Both the position numbers and the translations under genes were made by a program. DNA of 64,000 bases from Paraspadella gotoi. Taxonomy: Eukaryota; Animalia; Chaetognatha. Positions 28,001 to 56,461 of this stretch are shown here, piece after piece (the stretch's first letter is position 1; every line of letters begins with the position of its first letter). The stretch lies in the NCBI GenBank assembly GCA_051294375.1, contig CM119270.1, positions 21,505,532 through 21,569,531 of the forward strand. Reading direction: 5' to 3'. The notes below the pieces were generated by a model, which was given only the letters and a program-made list of their open reading frames with translations, had not been told where the DNA came from and made no database searches.

Positions 28001-28091
28001 GGAAGATCACCTCATGTCCAACATGAATATCAAACTGGGACCCGCGCTTAAAATCTTGGCCAAAGTCAAGGAGATTTGTTCCAGATTTTGA
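7109..28091 (+). CDS. ph: Polyhomeotic-like Polycomb group (PRC1) protein, multi-exon, interrupted by an inverted duplication
   Basis: Approximate exon chain: 7109-7306, 7636-7731, 9894-10388, ~10683-11038, ~11469-11721, 12737-13468 + 22160-22707, 23127-23214, 23412-23551, 23802-24100, ~24479-24714, 25128-25357, ~26095-26308, ~27025-27258, 27897-28091. Q/A/S/T-rich N-terminus, HD1 ([20 protein letters not shown]|VNRSSLL), FCS finger (CEKCGK|..[20 protein letters not shown]) and terminal SAM domain, in the order typical of the Polyhomeotic/PHC family. Some exons carry indels or abut N gaps. The start codon is tentative. Confidence 0.88.
8540..9560 (+). mobile_element. Composite repeat: ~125-bp tandem units plus GGAC/AGAC microsatellite and conserved tail
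   Basis: Repeated TTTTTCCATTTAAACTC..CCTACCCAC..CAAAATT units. The tail GACCGACAAAGTGAATTATAGAGTCG is related to 58494-58530 (-). Confidence 0.55.
9894..10388 (+). CDS. Ph-like Ala/Gly/Gln-rich exon
   Basis: ctcttcag|[11 protein letters not shown]...MQGHHQ|gtaagg; GC-rich open frame, phase 0-0. Confidence 0.7.
12737..13468 (+). CDS. Ph-like polyQ/Pro/Thr exon, 5' part (broken within the polyQ tract)
   Basis: ttttcag acceptor, then an open frame ending in a (CAA)n run with no donor. The frame logically resumes at the (CAG)n run at 22160. Confidence 0.7.
13506..22134 (-). repeat. Inverted ~8.6-kb copy of 22160-30480 (left arm of palindrome), carrying frameshifted copies of the HD1, FCS and SAM exons
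   Basis: Colinear reverse-complement match throughout, e.g. 13506-13545 vs 30445-30482, 15977-16174 vs 27897-28091 and 22030-22080 vs 22165-22225. Many small indels. Centre is a 25-N gap. Confidence 0.95.
15977..16174 (-). pseudogene. Frameshifted SAM-exon copy within the inverted arm
   Basis: ...[31 protein letters not shown] with several indels relative to 27897-28091. Confidence 0.7.
22160..22707 (+). CDS. Ph-like exon with HD1 motif
   Basis: [11 protein letters not shown]...[20 protein letters not shown]|gtgagt. Confidence 0.85.
22678..22980 (+). repeat. ~60-bp x5 tandem repeat of the HD1 exon end plus donor
   Basis: Unit GTGATTGAGGAGGCAGGGTCGCCTTTCCCAGTGAGTTGTG...; mirrored at ~21255-21560. 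Confidence 0.9.
23802..24714 (+). CDS. Ph-like FCS zinc-finger exons (23802-24100 and ~24479-24714)
   Basis: KLKCEKCGK|gtgagt ... [24 protein letters not shown]. The acceptor AG is visible only in the inverted copy. Confidence 0.85.
24777..24921 (+). mobile_element. Family A repeat copy (mirror copy at 19250-19392)
   Basis: Close match to 4698-4840. Confidence 0.8.
27897..28091 (+). CDS. Ph-like terminal SAM-domain exon
   Basis: ccacag|[64 protein letters not shown], intact. The preceding exon ends HPSTWT|. Confidence 0.92.
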   Translation, partial: VQDVYHFVSSIEGCSQFAVEFSSQEIDGEALMLLKEDHLMSNMNIKLGPALKILAKVKEICSRF

Positions 28092-28335
28092 GCTTTTGGG
28101 CTTTACCTGTAAAATCTTGGCCAAAGTCAAGGGTATTTGCGCCAGTTTTGAGCTTGGGGTTGGCGTCAAAAATCCTGGCTAAAGTTGGAGATTTGTTCCA
28201 GACTTTGAGCTTGGACTTGACTCTCAAAATCATGGCCAATGCTAAAAAGTTGAGAGCCAGGTCAAGGAGATTTGGGCCACATTTTTTAGCTTGGGCTTGG
28301 CCCTAAAAATTTTGGTCAAAGCTAAAAAGATTTGC
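28050..28335 (+). repeat. ~60-bp degenerate tandem repeat of the SAM exon end and stop
   Basis: Unit AAAATCTTGGCCAAAGTCAAGGAGATTTG...TTTTGAGCTTGG, about 4-5 copies; mirrored at ~15735-16020. Confidence 0.8.
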
Positions 28336-30599
28336 CCCCGGCTTTTAACTCTAATGATTAAAAATGTGCTTAAGGTCTTTGTTAACTTTGTCATTTAATT
28401 CTACAGAGATTCCCCCGAATTACCACAATTGATTGTAATGTCATTATATTATTGAGGCGTGAAGATTTAAGCCAAGTGCCATGACTGTGAATTTGTTATT
28501 ATTACAAATTCGAAACCCACTACAGTTTTTTTTAAATTTTTTTTATTTAGTTTATTTAATTTCAGGATTGTCTTATTCCAGCCGTCTCAACATAAATCAT
28601 GTCAAAAGCGACAAAAATATGTGGCGTTTGTCTTTAAATCAAATTTAGATTTTCTTCCATTTCGTTTGTTTACATAAATTTATGTATTTGACTTGAGATA
28701 TCGTCGTACTAAAAACTTTGTTCCGCTAAAATATGTTTCACGTGATTGATATTAATTGATATATTTATGATTCGAAAGTAAATTTTGTTATAGTTCACCC
28801 GTTTTATAACACTGTTAGATTAGAAATGAGTTACTACAGTTTTGTACTAGTTTGTAGTTTAAAAACGATTACCAGAATATCCGTATGCCACTATGCCCAT
28901 CTCATAAAGATACGTGATAAAGAGAGAATTTTCAAAAAATATTTACATCAACGAAGTAAGTAGGCGTGATATATTTATGAATTAAAGAGCTTATTCTGTA
29001 CCAAACGAGGCACTCGGTGCCCACATTTGGTCTCCGAGCCTTTTTCTGCGAAACAAAAGACAAATCCGACCAAAGATGTCAGGAACATCGCTGAGAGAAT
29101 TTGGGTTCAGTTTTAAAGTTTTATGAGGAGATGTCGCTTTCAACTCTGATCAATTTTAAGATAATTTTTGCTTCAGTTTTATTGTATTTCATAAATAATT
29201 TTGCGGGAATTATTCAAATTTAAACTAGCTTTGTGTATCATTCGTGCGTTTACCGTTTTTCGAGCATTCCAATCCGTTTAATTTTATCAAAAACTTTTTT
29301 CAAACAAAAGGCACAAGTTTTGTCGTTAAAGGTAAAGGTAACCATATACGGAACCGCGAGCGGCAGTCAATTAGTCATCATGTAAAAGTGGTATTTAAAA
29401 AAAAAAACACCTCCTAAAACCGCCTTATTTAAAGCAATACCGCAGATTGACGAAATTTTGAATGATCTTTTTCGGTTTTGTCTCAAAATTCGTCTCTCGA
29501 TTCGAAATTATATAATTTTCAATGGATTTAAACTAAGAATTGTTTTTTTTCAAAAATTAAATGCGACATTCTGACGACTTGCGGGGAATCGAAAAACCGG
29601 CTGCCTTTCCCCTCAAACTTCTGGGGCGCGGTCGGTATTTTTAGCTCCCGTCGCTAATGGTCGTTCTTCTTAGTCAGTAATTGCTCCTTTGCGCCTAAAA
29701 CAAACGTTTTTTTTTCTCAAGACTTAGGTTAAAAAGTGTTTTTGGAGAACAAATGAGCATAAAGTTTGTAATCATTCGTTTCATGTTGGATAATAATAAA
29801 GGTATTTTTGATTGGTAAAGCGATTTCTTTTTGGAATTAATGGAACTAAACTAAACTAAACTAAACTAAACAAATCCTTGAGACTCATTTTAATGAATTA
29901 AATAAATTGCTAATTTTTTTTTTGCCTTTTTGCTTCTTTGGAATAACATTTTTCTTTCCTCTGCGAAAAAAAAAGAAAAAAGTTTTGGAGACAAAATTCT
30001 TGGGCGCCCCCCTCATCGCCCCCTCACCGCCCCCCTCCCGAAAAAAATAAATTCATATCAAAATTTATTTTTTTCTCGCGAAATATTTTCGTCGTCACTT
30101 TTATTTATTTGGTCCAAAAGGAGATTAAATAATAAATAATAAAGAATAAATATACATGAATCTTTCTGTAAATTAAGCGTTTTATTCATTGACTTTATAT
30201 ATTACTCATTTTTACATTCAAACATTCATTCATTCATTCATTCATTCATTCATTCATTCATTCACTCATTTTTTACTCTTTTATTCGTTCACTCATTCTT
30301 TCATTCATAAATTCAATCATTCACTCATTTTTTTATTTATTCATTTTACTTTCATTCATTCATTCATTCATTCATTCATCCAGATGAGAGACAAAGAAAT
30401 AAAACTGACATGACTATTTCACTTTTATCTCCCAAAAAAAAAAAAAAAATCCGCTTTCCGGAGCAGAACGGCGGGAAACTCTCTCTCTCTCTCTCTCTCT
30501 CTGCTTCTCTGAATCATATTACAATTATTTTAGGGGGCCGGAGAAGCGACAGACGACTTTCTCCTCTCCTCTCTTCTCTCTCTCTCTCTCTCTCTCTCC

Positions 30600-30661
<62 letters not shown>

Positions 30662-30909
30662 CTTTTCTCTCTCTCTCTCTCTTTTGACACTTGTCCAATT
30701 CCAAATAAGGTTGAAACCTTACGATCCTCTCGCTCTCTGTCTGTTCCTCTACATTTTTTTTTCACGAATTTTTTCTGGAAAAAGAAGAAAACTTTAAAAC
30801 GACAAAAAAATCTTATTTTATAAATATTTGTTAAAAATAAATAAATAGTCCAATAATTCAAATCAACTTGATTTAGAAATTTTGTTTTCAATTCCTTCAT
30901 TTATAGTAA

Positions 30910-30954
<45 letters not shown>

Positions 30955-32239
30955 CAAGTAAAAAAATGATGATAGTAAAATAGACAAATTTTGTACTTAA
31001 TAGTAAGCAAGGAAAGAAAGGTTTTCTTTGAGTTGTTAAAGGGAAGTAAGGAAGAGAAGTAAGAAAGAAGAGTGAGTAAGAGTAAGTTCGTCATAAAGGT
31101 GTGAGAAGAGACTCACTTTCCTTTGGCGAAATTCTTACCCTAAATTTTCACATCAAAGAATCGAAAGAATTTTTTTCTTTTTTCTTTACTTTTCTCGCGA
31201 TTTTTGTTCGAAAAACCACGATTTTCTTGGCAAATAATTCCGTCGCGGAATTCCTTTGAAAATCCTTTCTTTTTTTCGTGACACGATGATTTACCACGCG
31301 TTTAATTCGTCATTGATAGGGGAATTTGTTCGTCGTTGTCGTCGTCGTCGTCGTCTTTTTTAAGGTTTAAATGTATATCGTATTGAATTTGTATTACAGA
31401 TCAGAAGATTATCCATTTTGTTAATAATTAATCTCTTGTCTATGGCTATGGTGAATTACCTCCTCTGAATGGAATTTTCAATTTTTTTCCTTTGAACTAA
31501 TTGTCAAAAAAACTTTCACAATTTTGATTGAAATGTCCCAATTTGGTAAGGGACCACCCATTCACGTTTATTTGCATGAAATAAGTGAATGAGATACAAA
31601 AAAACCTTTTTTTGATTTTAACGAGATTCGAATTCGAATTCGTGATTCGAATTCACAGAAAACTTTTTTTTGGATTTTCACGTAAAAATCACAGGGAATT
31701 TACTCTGTCGCATTTTTGTCGTAATCGGTGATAAAAATTAAAAGCGTGACTGATAAAAAGTGATAAAAGTGATAAACTGGAGACAATCGACGAAAAGCCA
31801 AGGACAGCTTCATCTTTTGTTGTTGTTGTCGGGCGCTTTTTTCCCAGAGCGCCCAATTTCTGTTGCTCTCTTTTCCCAGAGTGTCCCATTTCTGTTGTAC
31901 TATTTTCTTAGAGCGCCTTATTCCTATCCCTAATCTTAAACAAAATCTTTAACTTAAAAAATTAATCTAATTCTGAATTAAAGATGAAATGTGTCGTTTT
32001 GGGAAAATAAAGCAATTTTTACCATTTGTGGAGGCAGTCATAGTTACATATAAACTAAAATTGTAACAACATGAAAAAGAACGGACTTGAAACCTTGAAA
32101 CGATTTTTTTTTATTTTAACATCATTTTTTTCTCATTTAAAAATTGACTAAGCATTAAGCAAGCTTTACTAACTTAATCTCATTATACCAGCGCCAATGC
32201 AAAAAGACATTTTTATAACAGACTCATCGCGTGACCAGA

Positions 32240-32270
<31 letters not shown>

Positions 32271-32355
32271 CAGCGCACATTCATTAATCGTCGGCGAATG
32301 AAACGGGGGCGTCACTGGTTCGAACCCGCTCACTGTAAACGAATGACGGAATCGC

Positions 32356-32402
32356 GTCACGTGATAAAATTGAGTCACGTGACTTCAATCGCGTCACGTG
32401 AC
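32356..32402. promoter_or_regulatory. Cluster of three GTCACGTGA(C) E-boxes
   Basis: Sites at 32356, 32374 and 32393. Confidence 0.4.
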
Positions 32403-32622
32403 CCGGTCTTCTCCTCCTACGAGTGAATTAGTCTTCAACGATTTAATTTCGTGATAAATAAAAAGTTTTAACTTTTTTTTTTGTTTCTGACTGAATTTTT
32501 AATCGGAATTTTTTTTATTACGTTATATTCGCCGGCATTTCGGTGGAATACTTTAACGCTGTCATTTCTCGCGATTTCTTGTAAACGTAATACGAATCTT
32601 ATTTATAAATGAGATTGCTATA

Positions 32623-32760
32623 TATGAAATTGGTACAGCCTATATAAAAATTATTCATTCATTCGATAAATAAGTTATCTTGCTCCTTACTTTTGACAGG
32701 CTATGGTGGTTTAAGGTCTCCATCATACTTACAAGATAATATCATAGCAGGACCCTGTAG
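32623..32760 (+). mobile_element. Family A repeat copy
   Basis: Close match to 4698-4840; its 3' end runs into a tandem array. Confidence 0.8.
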
Positions 32761-32898
32761 GACCTTGCAAGACCCTTCAGGACCTTGCAAGTCCCTTCAG
32801 GACCTTGCAAGACCCTTCAGGACCTTGCAAGACCCTTCAGGACCTTGCAGGACCCTCCAGGACCTTGCAGGACCTTGCAGTACCCTTCAGGACCCTGC
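32748..32898 (+). repeat. 10/20-bp minisatellite (GACCTTGCAA GACCCTTCAG)n
   Basis: Directly visible array. Confidence 0.9.
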
Positions 32899-33013
32899 AT
32901 TCTGATTTTTCATTCTTAAGCCATTAGGGTCATTCTTCTTCGCTCCATTTCCATATCATTAGCACCATTCTCATGCCGGTCATTCTCATCTATATAAACG
33001 ACTTTGTCATCAT

Positions 33014-33223
33014 TGTCATTCCCATGTCATAAGTGACATTCTCATCCCTATCATTCCCATATCATAGGTGACATTCTCATCCCTGTCATTCTCTTGTCAT
33101 AAGTGACATTCTCATCACTGTCATTCCCATGTCATAAGTGTCATTCTCATCCCTGTCATTGCCATGTCATAAGTGACATTCTCATCTCTGTCATTCCCAT
33201 GTCATAAGTGACATTCTCATCCC
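33014..33223 (+). repeat. 35-bp minisatellite, about 6 copies
   Basis: Unit TGTCATTCCCATGTCATAAGTGACATTCTCATCCC. Confidence 0.9.
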
Positions 33224-33632
33224 CTTTCCTCCTCTTTATCTCTGCGGGTGACTTATTTTTTTTGAAAGAGAAATAAATAAATCAGTTTTCGTCTTTAAAA
33301 AATTTGAATTTTAAATTATTCAATTTAAAAAAAAAATTAAACAGTTGGTGGACTAATAAAATAAATGTAAGAACTTCAGATTCAAGCTTTAGCTTTTGTT
33401 TTAATAATTTTGATTTTTTTAAATTCTTTGTAAAACCTTTCTCAACTCTTCTCTTTTCCCCAAAAAAAGTTCACCGTAAGACTTTTTGAGTCAACTTAAT
33501 TGGGTCATTTCGTCCCCAGGGATGAATTTAAATTTTAAATTCACCGGTTTTTAAAACTGAATCAGTAATGTAAAACTTTAAAGAAACGAAACTTTTTCAC
33601 TTTTGGAAATTCGTCCGTAAAAGGGAAGTTTT

Positions 33633-33845
33633 TGAAAGGGATTTTTGATTTCTGTCTTTAAAAGGGATTTAGATTTTTTCTTTAAAAGATATTTAGATTT
33701 TTTTTTAAAAAGAGATTTAATTTTTTTTTAAAAGAGATTTAGATTTTTGTCATTATAATGGATTCATATTTTTGTGTTTTAAAAGGGATTTACATTTTTA
33801 TCTGTAAAAGAGATTTAGATATTTATTTTAAAAGGATTTAGGTTT
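33633..33845 (+). repeat. Degenerate ~25-bp AT-rich minisatellite
   Basis: Repeated AAAAG(G/A)GATTTAGATTTTT..T units. Confidence 0.7.
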
Positions 33846-34469
33846 GTTCGTCGCGATGATAAAAGGGAAAAGAGATTTTTTCATTTCGTTTTCGTTTCAA
33901 TTCGACTTTGACGTCAGTCGGTTCTGGGTCGACCTGGCTTCGTTAAGAAGATGAAAGAGAAACAATAGGATGGACGACGACGACGATGTCGACGAAGAAT
34001 GAGATCACGAGACATGACGAACGACGAGACACGACACGAATGAGACAAACGAAAAACGAATGCAAAACGAATGCGATGAATATGATAAACTATCATGAGA
34101 CGAGACAAAAATGGCGCCGATGATATGATTATGTCCGTGGCTGGGGAAAGTATTTATGATAGGATTGCAGTTATTCGATGACAGCGACAATGATAAATAT
34201 CAATCGTAGACGAAATGAACACAATTTTCGAATCCTCTTCTTATCTTTGTTTTTCGTTTTTTATCTCAATTTAATCAAATTTGACTTTTCTTTTTCCGGA
34301 GTGGAGCCTTTGTTTATTTAATATTTATAATTTACCGCCGAAAACTTGGTTTAAAACAAAAAAAGATAATTCAAATTAAATAGTTGATTTTATAATCATT
34401 TAAACCGACATATTCCGTTGAAATTAGGCTAAAAAAATCCAAAGATCTTAACTGTCTTAGTCGTCGTCT

Positions 34470-34501
<32 letters not shown>

Positions 34502-35128
34502 TTCTGCATTCCGATATCTGTATTGAATTTTCTTCAGACGTGACGATTTTCTGTTTAGAAAATCCCAGAATTTTTTTTCTTTTTGAGTTAAAAAAAAAAA
34601 ATACTTTCGTGCTGGATATTGTCATTTTTGAAACATAATCTCGGGTAATGGATTATTATGTTTGCACTTTTTATTTTATTTCGAATTTTTTGTAGTTCTA
34701 AATAGACTGACGGTTTTTCATTCCTAAAAACGAAAAAAACTCGTAAAAACTTCTAAAAAAGTTTTGCGTTGGTTTGAAGCTCGATTAAACCTTTCACTTT
34801 TTATGAACAGAAAAACAGAAAAAAAAAATTTAAAATCCTATTCAGTTATTTCATATTTTCATATTTTTTGGATTTTAGTAAATTTTAAATGAGTTATTTT
34901 TAGTTTCTTTCGAGAAATCACAAAAAACCGCAAAACTTTACGCGATTGCTCTTCTGTTTTATTTCGCGTGGGTTTCCCCGCTCGCACACCTCTCTCTCTC
35001 TCTCTCGATTTCTCTCTCTCTCTCTATCTTTTCTCTCTATCTCTCTCCATCACTCTACAACTCGCCAAACCGCGTCCCCTTTCGGTAGACCGGCCAAAAC
35101 TTTTCCTACCTACTCCGCTAGAGGCGTC

Positions 35129-35194
<66 letters not shown>

Positions 35195-35288
35195 CTCTCC
35201 TCGCCCATGACTGCTCTTCGATCCATGGCTATTTTTATTCGTCGTCACGTTAAGTTGTTTTTCAGCTCAAAAACTCCTACGATTCATG

Positions 35289-35627
35289 GTAAGTGATCGT
35301 GATCATCATCATCATTATCATCATGTCATTCATCAGCAGCTGCATCATAAGCAGCAGCCTCATCAACCACCTTCGTCCACCGATTTTTTACCTGAGAGGT
35401 TTAACGTATAAGAGTGAATTATGCTTTAGCTCGATTACTATTATAATCTAATTTTAGATTATATTTAATTACATTTTTAAATCCTAAAATAATAAAAAAA
35501 AAAGACTTTTCAAATAAAGAAAAAACCGGTTGGGCAAAAATGACAGTATTTTTTTTCGCAGTCAAATTTAAAAGAGTAATTTTATTAGTTTTATTAATAA
35601 TTTTAAAATTTTCCTTTTTTTTTTCAG
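35289..35627 (+). other. Probable 5'UTR intron of alpha-actinin
   Basis: Consensus donor ATG|gtaagt at 35289 and strong acceptor ttttttttttcag ending 35627, upstream of the ATG at 36359. Confidence 0.4.
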
Positions 35628-36358
35628 AAAAACCCGAAACCGCTTCCCGCGCTCTCTGTTGGTTATAAAAGGATTCGTCGTCCACCTCAAACCACCTTCG
35701 TTAACCACCTCGGCCCCAAACCACTTCCCCAACCGCCTTCCGCTCCGGCAACTTTCTCTTTTCGCTTCTCAACCCAAGGAATGAGCGATCGTTTCTTCCT
35801 CCCGCTTCCCGACGAACCGCTTCTAGACCCCGTCCGCTCCTAGGCCGCGAGAGAGAGAGCGAGGCTTATAGAGAGAGAGAGAGAGAGGGAGACGTCAAAA
35901 ACACCGTCGCCGTCGTCATAGAAACTCGTGGAAGCTTTTTTTAAACCAAAACCTCTCGCTCTCTCTAGCGCGCGATCATCGCAACCATTAACTCGCTCTC
36001 CCTCTCTCTCTCTCGCGCGGGGCCGTCACGGGGGAAAGGGAGAGAAAAAAAAAATTTTTCTTCGAAAAACAAGTAGGGAGAGAGAGACATTTTTAAACGC
36101 GCGCGCGGAGGAAAAAAAAAACTCGGGAAGGAATTCAACGTCGTTAAATAATAATAATAAAAAAAAAACAACTTGGAACGAAAAAAGAAAACAAAAAAAC
36201 AAAATTAAACACTTTTTTTTTATTATTTGGACGAAAACGAATTTAATTTGAAAATCCGTAAAACTTAGGAAACAAAGAAAAAAGAAAAACCTATTTTTTT
36301 GATACGAAATTCGTTACACATTTTTTACAATAAAATCAAATAACGTAGTACAATAAAA

Positions 36359-53232
<16,874 letters not shown>

Positions 53233-54651
53233 AGGAAAGATAGAGAGGGTGACCTCTTTCGAGAGAGAGAGTATGACCTCTCTCTCTCTTCAAGAAAAAG
53301 GAGGGTTTGACCCGTTTTTGACTACGGAGGCCTTGAGAGCTCGTCGAGAGACGAATCGCGTTTTTTGTTGTTTTTTCTTCCAAAAAAGCGACATCTCTCG
53401 ATGGGAAATTTAATTTAGTAAAACAAAAGTCAAAGCAGGAAGTCGCGCTTAAGTGAAGTCCGTCCCGGGCGCGAACTTCCTGAAAATATTAGCTAAACAT
53501 TTAAAAACAAAACAAAAACAAAAAAACCGTCGTTGTAGGCGGATAAATAAGAAAACAATCATTTGAATTATTTTAAATATATATATTAGTTTTATTATTT
53601 ATATATCTACGTCGCATTTTATAATTCATTTTGGGCAGAAAGGAACGATCCGGTAAAGTCTGCAGTTTTAAAATCTGATTATAAAAAATAAAAAATAAGG
53701 TTTATTTTAAATATATTTTAATTCGGCCAGAGTTATTTTTAGAAAGTAAACTTTATGGTACCAATTAATTTCTCGATTAACATTAAGATAATGACATCTT
53801 TTGTTTATGTTGAATTTATATTTCGTTCGCTACGCGACGCATCACGTCCCATGGTGACGCTTTGTCCCACGCGTCTCTTTGTGACGTAACGTCAGTGTCG
53901 TGAAGCAAATTTCTTTCGGGGATTAAAAAAAAAGATTTGAACGGGATTCGAACTCGCGACATCGCGTTCCACTCGACTTCCATCTTCGACTCGCGGCCGC
54001 GACGAATTTTCGGTCCCCACCTTTCTACAGTAAGACCTTCAACATCCGGGGACTAAAATCCGATCGGCTACAGTCGTCTCTCTTTAATGAGGAAAAAACG
54101 AAGCCATGTATTTGAACTCAGCAGCAGAAGACTAAAATCATGTGACCAGAAAAAAAAAATAAAGAAAATCCATTCATCCTACGAAATCGAAAATCGTCAA
54201 CTTGAGCCATGCGATAGGAGAGATTTCTTTTGTCGGGTGATCCGCGAGACCCGGGTTCGATTCCCGACTGAAAAAAAAAAATTAATGAATCCTCGGATTT
54301 TAACTGATAATTGGTGCAATTTTATTGTAATAAAGTTTACTATTTATTAATGAAAAAAAAATACCAGTGAAAATATAAATTATTCGTCTTACGCATTCTT
54401 GAATATACTTTTGTGACACAAGCTCACAACTTCACAACGAAATGTTTATGCAGCGACAATTGACCATTTTTTACGATCAATATTTCATCTTTTTGAACCT
54501 TTTTATATTTTTTTTCACATAAAACTATTTTTTTATGCCAAATCATATCTTGAAAGAAAAGATCGATGTGGGAAATAGAAATTAGAAGAAGCTGACTTTT
54601 TGTTTCAGCTTATATTTTGAGAAATGTCATGAATTGATTTATATGTCCATC

Positions 54652-54751
<100 letters not shown>

Positions 54752-55502
54752 CCTCCCTCACACTCAAATCTTTACACTGGTGACCGTTTAAAATGATTTT
54801 TTCTCCGCCGGCGCGCTGCAGGGAACCGCTAATTCTTTTCAGTCCCACGATCCTATATCTACAGTAGGTCAGTTTTAAACGTAGGGTTTCTTTTATCGGA
54901 ACAATAAGTAAATCCTCGTTTTCTCTTTCCAATTTGTCTCAATTTCGGAAAAGAAAAAAAAAATGTTTTTTTTGTGTAAAGTGTTTTTTTCTGTTTTGTA
55001 TAAAATCTTTGTACGAGCTTTTTTTTCCGATGGCTAGGTGTTTTTTTTCCCCATTTTTTTGTAAAACTTCGGTGACAACATTTTACATTTTATTATAATT
55101 TTTCTTTCACTTTTCACTTCTTTTTTTTCACTGAAGATCGAATATGAGGTTTTCCTATACAAAGTATTAATTTACTCAGTAGAGAAAAAAACCGCGTGTA
55201 AATTAAAAGTCGTGTTATATTTCCTAAATGTTTTTTTTTCTCTCTCTGTCCGTACATCATATGTATACATGTATCATTGATTTTCTGTTTTGATGATTGT
55301 GAATAGAAAATCTGTATGACATTGAATAAAAAAAATAAAATCGAAAAAAAAAAAAAAAAAAATACAAGCACTTCCGCGCAGTAAGGAATTTTTTTGGTTT
55401 ATTTTGATGTGAAGAAAATAAAAGATTTATGTACATTTCGGTTAGAAACAGATCAGCTAGAAATAATCTTATTTAGTAAAAAATAGTATTTCTATGCTAT
55501 TT

Positions 55503-56257
55503 CTATGCTACGTCATTATCTGATAAGAGTGAAGGCCTTAAACCACCAAAGCCTGTCCAATAGGGTGGACAGATGAAAAGATTGAGCGATTGAACATTAT
55601 TTTTTTATTGCTTATGGTTTTATGGATATGTAATTAACGAATTTTAAATCCTTTAAAAATATTTAATATAATAAATTCAATTATTTATGTAGTAATATCC
55701 TTAAAAAATCATTAAATTTTAAAATAATTTTTTTTATTTTTAAAAAAAGATTTGGATTCGTTATAAAAAAATAAAAAATTTGTATTAAATATGTTATATA
55801 ATCTTTTTATGTTTAGATCGTAAAAAAATGATTAAAACGTTTTAATATATATAAGTTTTTATTATACAGAATAAAAAAGTTATAAATTTGTTTTTTCCCG
55901 TTTTAAATGCTGAAGATGATAGAATTTGTGATATTTTATATTTTTGATTTAAATTTTTAGGAACAACTTAAATTTTTGTTAAAAGTTTAAAAAAATGTTT
56001 TAAAAAAATAATTATTTTATAAGAATAATATTACAAATATATCATATTTTATTATTTTGTTCTCAAAACAATATAAACAAAATATTTTTTATACTAATTA
56101 ATCATATTATCTTACATTTAAATATCCTTGTTTGATCACTCAAATTTTTTTTTGTTCTTGAGTGTACCACTCTACTGACCAAAGTCAGGGACAAGGTAGC
56201 TTGTTTATTAATTGAATGGATAATTTTTATATTGGTACCAATTGTACCAATTTCATT
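55503..56257 (-). mobile_element. Family A copy split by an AT-rich insertion (55561-56178)
   Basis: 3' half at 55503-55560 and 5' half at 56179-56257; CCAA present at both junctions. Confidence 0.65.
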
Positions 56258-56340
56258 TTCTTCGAATTAAATCTAAAAAATCAAAGCCTTCTATTTCCTC
56301 CCCCCAATTTGCCCAAAAGAAAATAAAAAGTGATATTTAC

Positions 56341-56461
56341 CTTCTCGTACAGCGAAGTTTGTTGACTCGGTACAGCGAAGTCCGTAATGTTTGCTCGGAA
56401 TTCGCCTGCGTCGTCGGACCTTCGATAACCTCGACTGACCTCATCTTGGGTGAGGTTCGCT
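56341..56461 (-). CDS. Orphan exon-like segment
   Basis: Minus strand cccacctcaccccag|..ANLTQDEVSRGYRRSDDAGEFRANITDFAVPSQQTSLYEK|gtaaat; partner exons not identified. Confidence 0.35.

Noticed and set aside
22678-33223. CRISPR-like arrays
   Set aside because: These are head-to-tail tandem repeats without unique spacers, in eukaryotic DNA with no cas genes.
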